From positions 1,952,001 to 2,016,000 of the forward strand of contig OZ241362.1 in assembly GCA_965200315.1 (NCBI GenBank): 64,000 nucleotides of DNA, written 5' to 3'. Of the stretch, positions 57,162 to 64,000 are shown piece by piece (positions within the stretch are counted from its first letter, which is position 1; the number at the start of each line of letters is the position of its first letter). This DNA comes from Candidatus Latescibacterota bacterium (GTDB taxonomy: Bacteria > Latescibacterota > UBA2968 > UBA8231). The notes below the pieces were generated by a model. That model had not been told where the DNA came from. It did not search any database and worked only from the letters and a program-made list of their open reading frames with translations. The position numbers and the translations under genes are program-made.

Positions 57162-57608
57162 ATGACCAACGACGAACGTGTTGTAAAGCACTTGGAGTTT
57201 ATCCAAGGCGTCGTAAACCGCTTGGGCAACAACGCCTCCCTGCTCAAAGGCTGGAGCATGACCGTCCTCGTCGCTGGCTCCTTGTTGATGGTGCGATTTA
57301 GGCCAGAGCAGCCTCTATTGGCATTGACGCTTCTCGTGCCCGTTCTCGGATTCTGGCTAATAGACGCGTACTTCTTGTGGCAAGAGCGGTTGTTCCGCGC
57401 CGAATACGACCGCGTCCGCCAGCAAGACGAGACCGACTTTGCCATGAAGCCACTCCAGCACAAGGACAAGCCAAAACATAGCTGGCCCGCAGCATTTTTC
57501 TCGGTGACGCTGGTCGTTTTTTACGCCATAGAAATCCTGTTCGTCTCTGTTCTCGCCGGTGCTCTCTGGGTCGCAGGTAAACCGGCAGCGGGGAGCTCCT
57601 TAACATGA
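57162..57608 (+). CDS. Small multi-pass membrane protein, candidate TIR-linked effector
   Basis: KHLEFIQGVVNRLGNNASLLKGWS, about 3 hydrophobic helices, DAYFLWQERLFR; RBS AGGAGG; 6 bp after the TIR gene. Confidence 0.8.
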   Translation: MTNDERVVKHLEFIQGVVNRLGNNASLLKGWSMTVLVAGSLLMVRFRPEQPLLALTLLVPVLGFWLIDAYFLWQERLFRAEYDRVRQQDETDFAMKPLQHKDKPKHSWPAAFFSVTLVVFYAIEILFVSVLAGALWVAGKPAAGSSLT

Positions 57609-57657
57609 TCCTCAACGCTCGCGTTTTGGAACGTGCGGATATAAGCCCTAATCGACA

Positions 57658-57700
57658 TTTTACTCAATACACTGAGTAAAATTACTCAAAGAACCGAGCA
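57658..57700. promoter_or_regulatory. Tandem palindromic operator-like sites
   Basis: Perfect TTTTACTCA-N6-TGAGTAAAA (57658-57681) followed by the degenerate TTACTCA-N6-CGAGCAA, ending just before ATG 57703. Confidence 0.6.
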
Positions 57701-57702
57701 AA

Positions 57703-58893
57703 ATGACCTTCATCAGACCCCAAGCGTCCGAGCTAGCGCAGCGCCTGCAAGAACCCCGGCGGTTCATTCAAGTCGTCTCAGGGGCGCGGCAAGTAGGCAA
57801 AACAACCCTTGCCTTGCAAGTCGCGGAGCGGAGCAAACTGCCCTATCACGTCGCCAGCGCAGACGAGCCGACCCTGCGCGGTGCCGGGTGGATTGAATCG
57901 CAATGGGAGGAGGCGCGGCTGCTAGCCGACCGATCTGCCAGAAAAAACGCCTTGCTCATACTAGATGAAGTACACAAAGTTCCGCACTGGGCTGAAACGA
58001 TCAAGTACCTCTGGGACGAAGACACGCGCAAGAAACAATTGGTAAAAACCGTATTGCTCGGCTCGGCTCCGCTCTTAATCGGCAGAGGACTAACCGAAAG
58101 CCTTGCCGGCCGTCTTGAAATCCTGCACATGCCGCACTGGAGCTTTCCCGAGATGCGGGCGGCCTTTGGCTGGGATCTGAAACAATACCTTTTTTACGGT
58201 GCCTATCCGGGTGCCGTGCCTTTGATAAAACAACCATTCCGCTGGTCGCGCTACATAACAGACGCTCTCATCGAAACGACCGTCGGGCGCGATGTGCTCT
58301 TGCTCTCCCGCGTCGACAAACCGGCCTTGCTCCGGCGGCTGTTTGAACTCGGCTGTGCCTATTCGGGGCAAATCCTCTCCTATACAAAAATGACCGGGCA
58401 ACTTCAGGATGCGGGGAACACGACGACGCTTGCCCACTACCTCGACCTGCTCGCGGGTGCTGGCGTGCTCACCGGCTTGCCTAAATATGCCGGCGACACA
58501 GCGCGGCGGCAGCGATCAAGTCCCAAGTTTCAAGTCTTCAACACGGCACTAATAACCGCCCAGTCCGGCATGACTCAGGCGGAAGCGTTTGCCGACCGCG
58601 AGTTTTGGGGACGCTTGACCGAGTCCGCGGTGGGCGCACACCTGCTCAACGCATCGATTAGCGGAGTATGTGAACTCTTTTACTGGCGGGAGCGCAACCG
58701 CGAAGTGGATTTTGTCGTGCGGAGAGGAAGGAAGTTGGTGGCCATAGAAGTAAAAAGTGGACGCATCGGCATGGAATCGTTTGCCAAGTCCTTCAAACCG
58801 AGTCGCCTGTTAATAGTCGGCACAGGCGGAATTTCTCTCGAGCGGTTTCTCTCAGAGCCTGTAGGCTATTGGATAGATCACTCAGACCGATAA
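57703..58893 (+). CDS. AAA_14 ATPase with C-terminal DUF4143 (PD-(D/E)xK-like)
   Basis: GARQVGKTT, LDEV, LGS, ESLAGR, GAYP, YWRE...EVDFV...AIEVKSG. Confidence 0.9.
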   Translation: MTFIRPQASELAQRLQEPRRFIQVVSGARQVGKTTLALQVAERSKLPYHVASADEPTLRGAGWIESQWEEARLLADRSARKNALLILDEVHKVPHWAETIKYLWDEDTRKKQLVKTVLLGSAPLLIGRGLTESLAGRLEILHMPHWSFPEMRAAFGWDLKQYLFYGAYPGAVPLIKQPFRWSRYITDALIETTVGRDVLLLSRVDKPALLRRLFELGCAYSGQILSYTKMTGQLQDAGNTTTLAHYLDLLAGAGVLTGLPKYAGDTARRQRSSPKFQVFNTALITAQSGMTQAEAFADREFWGRLTESAVGAHLLNASISGVCELFYWRERNREVDFVVRRGRKLVAIEVKSGRIGMESFAKSFKPSRLLIVGTGGISLERFLSEPVGYWIDHSDR

Positions 58894-58932
58894 CCCATCT
58901 GCGTCCTTATGCGGATAACCAGGAACAAAACC

Positions 58933-61900
58933 ATGCCCCCCTTCCCCATCAGCGAAAAATACCTCTCCCAGCTCCCCGCCCTACAACAGCTAATCAACCT
59001 AGGCTACCAATACCTCCCCTCCGCCCAAGCCATGGCAGAACGCGGCGACCGCGCCTCCAACGTCCTCTTGGAAAACATCCTGCGCGACCAGCTTAAAAAA
59101 ATAAACCGCATCCGCTACAAAGGCGGCGAGTATCTATTCAGCGAGGAGAACATTCAGTCTGCCATCCAGAAGCTCAAAACCGTCCACTACGATGGCTTGC
59201 AAAAGACGAACGAAGCGATCTACGACCTGATAACCCTCGGCACGGCACTCGAACAAACGATTGAAGGCGATTCCAAGAGTTTTACGCTGAACTATATCGA
59301 CTGGAAAAATCCCGCCAACAACGCATTTCACGCCGTAGCGGAATTCTCCGTTGAACGCGCCCGCCGTACAGAGACCGCAAAACCCGACATCGTCCTGTTC
59401 GTGAACGGCATCCCCCTAGTCGTGATCGAGTGCAAAGCCCCGGATATAGAGGTGGACCAAGCGGTGTCTCAAATGATCCGCAACCAAGGAGACGAATACA
59501 TCCCGCGGCTTTTCACGTACGCACAAGTGTTACTGGCCGTGAACAAAAACGAGGCCAAATACGCAACAGTGGGCACCGCAAAAGAGTTCTGGAGCGTTTG
59601 GGACGAGTTGGAAGATGCCGAGTGCAACGTGAATGTCTGCATCAATAAAGCGCTTTCCAGTAGGGACAAAGACGCCCTGTTCTCCGGTGAGTTCGCCTCA
59701 GCGCGATCGCACTTTGACGCACTTGAGCGCAGCGGCGACCGACTAGTTACAGAACAGGATCGCGGTCTCTACAGTTTGTGCCGACCCGAGCGCCTGTTGG
59801 AGATAATTTTCGGTTTTATAGTCTTTGACGTGGGCAGCAAAAAAATTGCTCGCTACCAACAGTTCTTTCTGGTCCGTGCCGCCGTGAAGCGCATCAAGCA
59901 AAGCAGGGGCGGTATCGTCTGGCACACGCAAGGTTCTGGAAAGTCCATCACCATGGTCATGCTGGCCCGCGCCCTATCTTTAGACCCGGAGCGGACCAGC
60001 CCGCGAATCATTCTGGTTACAGACCGCAAAGACCTAGACAAACAACTGGGCAATACCTTTGCGGCCTGCGGCTTGGACAAGGAGCGAGCGACATCCGGGC
60101 GCAATCTGATCAGACATATCAAAAAAAGAGTGGGCATCATCACCACCCTGATCAACAAGTTCGACAAGGCACTTTCGGCTGAGAAATACGTGGACGATTC
60201 GGCCGATATCATCGTCCTCGTTGACGAAAGCCACCGCACCAACTTCGGCGCCTTAGCAGCCCGCATGAGACAAATGCTGCCCAATGCCTGCTATATCGGT
60301 TTCACGGGGACGCCGCTGCTCAATAAAGAAAAGAACAGCTTTGCCCGATTTGGCGGTTTGATTGAACCGCATTATTCCGTCCGGCGGGCAATCGAGGACA
60401 AGGCTGTGGTTCCTCTGCTTTACGAAGGACGGCACGTGGAGATGGAGCAGAATCAAGCCGCCCTTGACCTCTGGTTCGCTCGCCACACCGAGGATTTAGC
60501 AGACGAACAAAAAGCAGACCTGAAGCGAAAATACGCACGTGCCCAAGCGTTGAGTAAGACCGATCAAGTCGTCTATATGTGCGCTTTTGATATTAGCAGG
60601 CATTTCCAGACCACTTGGCAGAACACGGGATTTAAGGCGCAGCTTGTCGCAGACAGCAAGGCGACCGCGCTCAAGTATCGCGAATCGCTCAACGAGATAG
60701 GCGCGGTATCATCCGAGGTCATTATCTCTCCGCCGGATACGCGGGAAGGGCATGAGGAAGTAAGCGCGGAGACGACAAGCAAGGTGATCCAGTTCTGGGA
60801 AAAAATGATGGCTCGCTACGGGTCCGAAGATCAATACACCAAGCGAATCATCGCCCAGTTCAAGCGCTCGGACAAACCGGAAATTCTAATCGTCGTGGAT
60901 AAACTCATCACCGGGTTTGATGTGCCGCGCAATACCGTGCTCTATCTGTGCCGCAAGTTGCGCGAACACACGCTGCTGCAAGCGATTGCCCGCGTAAACC
61001 GCCTACACGAGGGCAAGGAGTTCGGCTACATCATCGACTATGCCAATGTGCTGGGCGAACTCGACAAGGCGCTACACACTTATGACGCACTTGCAGGGTT
61101 TGACGGCGACGACCTCGCGGATCTCCTGACCTCCATCCACCGAGAAGTGTCAAAGCTGCCGCAGCGCTACTCAGACCTGTGGAGCGTCTTCAAGGAAATC
61201 AAAAACTCCCGTGATGAAGAACGCTATGAAGTGCTTCTATCTGACGACGCCGTGCGGAGTGAATTTTACGACCGCCTCACTGAATACAGCAAGACTCTTG
61301 CGATAGCCCTTTCAGCCGAGCAGTTCATTATGCAGACTGACGAGACGCAACTAAATCGCTACAAAAACGATCTCAAGCGTTTTCAGAAACTGAGAAAGGC
61401 AGTCCAACTGCGCTACGCCGAAACCATTGATTATCGCGACTACGAGCCCCGGATTAAAAAATTGCTGGATACGCATATTCAGGCCAACGAGGTCACTCGC
61501 TTAAATGATCCTGTGAATATGTTTGACGATAAAACTTTCTCTATGGTCAAAGAGAAGCAAGGCGTCTATCGAGCCAAGACTACGGCGGCAAGGGCCGACA
61601 TTATCGCTCATGCGGTCAAGCGCATCCTTACTGAAAACATGGACAAAGACCCGGCTTTCTACGAGAAGTTCTCCAAGCTCATTCAAGATGCGATTGACCG
61701 TTTCAGGAATCAGCGGCTATCGGCCCTTGACTATTTGCAAAAGGTGAGTGCTATCCGCGATGAGGTCGCCAACACCCAACGCGACGATGTGCCCGACTCT
61801 ATCCGCGATAACGAGGAGGCCAGCGCGTATTTTGGCGTGATCAAACCTTGTCTGACTGAGGTAGGTGCAAGCCGAGTTGACTATGTTGCGGCAAAAACGG

Positions 61901-62121
61901 CGCTTGCCGTCAAAAGCGCACTAGAAAAAAATTGGAAGGTGGATTTTTGGAACGATAGCGACGCGCAAAATGCGGCCAAAAACGAGATGGATGATTTCTT
62001 TTACGACGTGGTAAAAGAGGTGCATGGGGTTGATTTATCGTCGGCACAGATGGACGCAATGATCAGCCAAACCATGAAAATAGCCAAATTCTGGAGACAT
62101 TCTTATAGCAACCCGACGTGA
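58933..62121 (+). CDS. hsdR: Type I restriction endonuclease subunit R
   Basis: PDIVLFVNGIPLVVIECK, WHTQGSGKS, DESHR, FTGTP, TGFDVP, QAIARVNR. Confidence 0.96.
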   Translation: MPPFPISEKYLSQLPALQQLINLGYQYLPSAQAMAERGDRASNVLLENILRDQLKKINRIRYKGGEYLFSEENIQSAIQKLKTVHYDGLQKTNEAIYDLITLGTALEQTIEGDSKSFTLNYIDWKNPANNAFHAVAEFSVERARRTETAKPDIVLFVNGIPLVVIECKAPDIEVDQAVSQMIRNQGDEYIPRLFTYAQVLLAVNKNEAKYATVGTAKEFWSVWDELEDAECNVNVCINKALSSRDKDALFSGEFASARSHFDALERSGDRLVTEQDRGLYSLCRPERLLEIIFGFIVFDVGSKKIARYQQFFLVRAAVKRIKQSRGGIVWHTQGSGKSITMVMLARALSLDPERTSPRIILVTDRKDLDKQLGNTFAACGLDKERATSGRNLIRHIKKRVGIITTLINKFDKALSAEKYVDDSADIIVLVDESHRTNFGALAARMRQMLPNACYIGFTGTPLLNKEKNSFARFGGLIEPHYSVRRAIEDKAVVPLLYEGRHVEMEQNQAALDLWFARHTEDLADEQKADLKRKYARAQALSKTDQVVYMCAFDISRHFQTTWQNTGFKAQLVADSKATALKYRESLNEIGAVSSEVIISPPDTREGHEEVSAETTSKVIQFWEKMMARYGSEDQYTKRIIAQFKRSDKPEILIVVDKLITGFDVPRNTVLYLCRKLREHTLLQAIARVNRLHEGKEFGYIIDYANVLGELDKALHTYDALAGFDGDDLADLLTSIHREVSKLPQRYSDLWSVFKEIKNSRDEERYEVLLSDDAVRSEFYDRLTEYSKTLAIALSAEQFIMQTDETQLNRYKNDLKRFQKLRKAVQLRYAETIDYRDYEPRIKKLLDTHIQANEVTRLNDPVNMFDDKTFSMVKEKQGVYRAKTTAARADIIAHAVKRILTENMDKDPAFYEKFSKLIQDAIDRFRNQRLSALDYLQKVSAIRDEVANTQRDDVPDSIRDNEEASAYFGVIKPCLTEVGASRVDYVAAKTALAVKSALEKNWKVDFWNDSDAQNAAKNEMDDFFYDVVKEVHGVDLSSAQMDAMISQTMKIAKFWRHSYSNPT

Positions 62122-62212
62122 TTTGAACGATTCGAGCGGTGGCTAGTCTTGTGCCTCCTATTCTCCGTCTATCTGCGTCCATCTGCGGTTATCATGATGT
62201 AGGATTGCTATA
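62104..62212. mobile_element. MITE, family A, overlapping the 3' end of hsdR
   Basis: Left end TATAGCAACCCGAC (62104), right end GTAGGATTGCTATA (62212). The hsdR stop TGA (62119-62121) lies inside the element. Confidence 0.65.
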
Positions 62213-62266
62213 TGACAATCGATGACGACTATCCTGTGCCCATCTGCGGATAATCTAGGAACCACA

Positions 62267-63076
62267 ATGCCAAAAACAAACCGCACCCTCGCGTATGCCG
62301 GCGAATCTATTCCCTTTCACCTGAGTTATTCTAAAAGAAAGACGGTTGAGATCGCCGTTCACCCCGACGGCTCGGTAGTGGTAAAAGCCCCGCTAGGAAC
62401 AAATGAAACCCTTGTCGAAAATTTCGTTTACAAGCGCGTGCGCTGGATAAGACGCCAGCTTCGCCATTTCGCACAGTTTGGACCGCCCACTCCCAAGCGG
62501 CAGTTTGTCGGCGGCGAAAGCCATCTTTATCTCGGCAAACAGTACCGGCTGAAGATAAGGCCGTCTGCAACAGACCAGGTTCTACTAAAGCGCGGCTTCT
62601 TCCACATACAAGCGGTTGACGATACGCCGGAGCACATAGCGATGCTGCTTGAAGCATGGTATCGGAGCAAGGCGGAGGTTTACTTCGCTCAACTATTTGA
62701 AGAATGCTGGCAGATCTTTAGAGGCCCTAACAAAACCCGCGGGGCGATCTTCGCAACGCGGGCATCCCGCCCATGTCATTCCCGCGTAGGCGGGAATCCA
62801 GTTTTATTAGGGCCTCTCAAAAAAGAGGAAGTAGAAAAGCCTGTACTTAAAATCCGCAAGATGAAAACGCTCTGGGGCAGTTTCAGCGTTAAAAGCGGCA
62901 TAACATTGAATCTGGAGCTTATAAAAGCCCCTAGAGCATGTATCGAATATGTCGTTATTCACGAGCTATGCCATTTGCTTCATCTCAATCACGGCCCGGA
63001 GTTTTACAACTTGCTCGAGCAGTTTATCCCCGACTGGATCAAACGAAAACGTCGCCTAGAAACCGTATTGTCTTAG
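62267..63076 (+). CDS. M48/YgjP-like (DUF45) metallo-hydrolase accompanying the type I RM locus
   Basis: SKRKT...VVVKAP, GESHLYLG, WGS, YVVIHELCH...NHG. Confidence 0.9.
   Translation: MPKTNRTLAYAGESIPFHLSYSKRKTVEIAVHPDGSVVVKAPLGTNETLVENFVYKRVRWIRRQLRHFAQFGPPTPKRQFVGGESHLYLGKQYRLKIRPSATDQVLLKRGFFHIQAVDDTPEHIAMLLEAWYRSKAEVYFAQLFEECWQIFRGPNKTRGAIFATRASRPCHSRVGGNPVLLGPLKKEEVEKPVLKIRKMKTLWGSFSVKSGITLNLELIKAPRACIEYVVIHELCHLLHLNHGPEFYNLLEQFIPDWIKRKRRLETVLS
62721..62816. mobile_element. 96-bp MITE inserted in frame in the M48 gene
   Basis: TIRs GAGGCCCTAACAAAAC / GTTTTATTAGGGCCTC (15 of 16 match), flanks TTA/TCA, internal GTCATTCCCGCGTAGGCGGGAATCCAG palindrome. Confidence 0.85.
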
Positions 63077-63087
63077 AGACTGTACCC

Positions 63088-63296
63088 CTAAGTACACGAC
63101 AGTAGCGTGGTCTGGGATGCTTCGCTGCGCTCAGCGAAGCGGAGTCGAAGCATCCTAGACCTCCCATGCCTAATGGCCATTGGATTACTGTCGTATACTT
63201 AGCTATAACCAAACTGAATTCCCGCCCCGTGTCGGGGCACGGGGTGACGTTCTTGCACGGGAATGACACCGGGCGGGCGAGACGCCCGCGCTCCCA
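63088..63296. repeat. Cluster of nested MITE/REP elements between convergent genes
   Basis: Family B element 63088-63202 (CTAAGTACACGACAGTA / TACTGTCGTATACTTAG) enclosing GGATGCTTCG...CGAAGCATCC; then ATTCCC...GGGAATGAC and GCGGGCGAGACGCCCGCGCTCCC. Confidence 0.75.
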
Positions 63297-63321
63297 GCAA
63301 GCCCCAGCGGGTTTCTTAGCT

Positions 63322-64000
63322 TCAATAGCCCTTGCGCTTGTCGATTACGCTCACCAACGGCTGCCCCGCCAAGTAGCGCCGCAAATTATCGCAAAACAAC
63401 GCCACGCACCGGCGGTCGCGGTTGGGCGATCCCCCGGCCGTATGCGGCGTTATCAGCACATTGTCCATCCGCCATAGCGGGTGCTCTGCGGGCAGGGGCT
63501 CCTGCGGCACTACATCCAATCCCGCCCCGCCGATCTGCCCGTCGGCAAGTGCCGCTATCAGTGCCTGCTCATCGACAATCCGCCCCCGCGTGACGTTGAT
63601 CAACAGCGCGTGGCTCCGCATCTGCGCAAACGCCTCTTGGTCGAACAACCCCTCAGTCTCCGCAGTCAGCGGCGCACAAATCGCCACCACGTCGGATTGT
63701 TCCAACAGAGAGTGGAATTGATCCATCCCCCAGCAGGCTTCCACTGCTCCCGGCACTTCGACCGCTTCTGGATCCACCGCGATGATCCGCATCCCAAACG
63801 CACTCGCCCGCTTTACCAACTCCCTCCCAGTCCCCCCCAATCCCACAATGCCCATCGTCTGCTCAACCAGTTCCCACGACGCGGCGCGAATCGGCCAGCG
63901 CCGCTCCCAATCTGGATAGCGCACGGCCGTGTGGATCCCCCGCGTCAGCCCGAGCAACAACGCCATTGCATGTTCGGCCAAATGCACTCCCACCCATCCC
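63322..64000 (-). CDS. D-2-hydroxyacid dehydrogenase, 5'-truncated by the window edge
   Basis: AEHAM, GLGGTG, PLTAETEGLF, INVTRG, GLDV...EPL, TPHTAG. Confidence 0.93.
   Translation of the reverse strand, partial: GWVGVHLAEHAMALLLGLTRGIHTAVRYPDWERRWPIRAASWELVEQTMGIVGLGGTGRELVKRASAFGMRIIAVDPEAVEVPGAVEACWGMDQFHSLLEQSDVVAICAPLTAETEGLFDQEAFAQMRSHALLINVTRGRIVDEQALIAALADGQIGGAGLDVVPQEPLPAEHPLWRMDNVLITPHTAGGSPNRDRRCVALFCDNLRRYLAGQPLVSVIDKRKGY

Noticed and set aside
1-64000. CRISPR array, tRNA, rRNA, integron or intact transposase/integrase
   Set aside because: No regularly spaced repeat-spacer run, cloverleaf, rRNA-like segment, attC array or transposase ORF was recognised. The repeats found are dispersed MITE/REP types.

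Overview
GC-rich bacterial chromosomal window. A C-terminal TAVESSTWGKIK sorting motif, FlgD-Ig paralogue arrays, a CRTAC1/TPR pair and CBM9-like genes suggest an FCB-group Candidatus Latescibacterota-like organism (inference). Left end: a helicase-based defence-like locus (1760-aa DEAD/DUF1998/nuclease helicase plus an SNF2 helicase running off the edge). Next come an Opp/Dpp ABC transporter lacking its binding protein, several toxin-antitoxin pairs and a stretch of gene fragments. The most striking gene (20738-22087) is an ECF sigma factor fused to domains II+III of a DNA polymerase III beta sliding clamp, and its sigma2-sigma4 linker carries clamp-binding-like peptides (QLNLL, QLDL). The middle holds a DUF2236 oxygenase/MMPL/FAD oxidoreductase/LolA-like/outer-membrane cluster and a six-gene secreted-protein operon with three paralogues ending in FlgD-Ig...VAY. 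The right end is a type I restriction-modification island carrying cargo: a tail-anchored J-domain protein, two ThsB-like TIR genes plus a small membrane protein with no ThsA, and an AAA_14/DUF4143 ATPase. Several MITE/REP families are scattered throughout; one sits in frame inside the M48 gene and one supplies the hsdR stop codon. No rRNA, tRNA, CRISPR array or intact transposase was seen. All family calls come from motif recognition by eye, without database searches.
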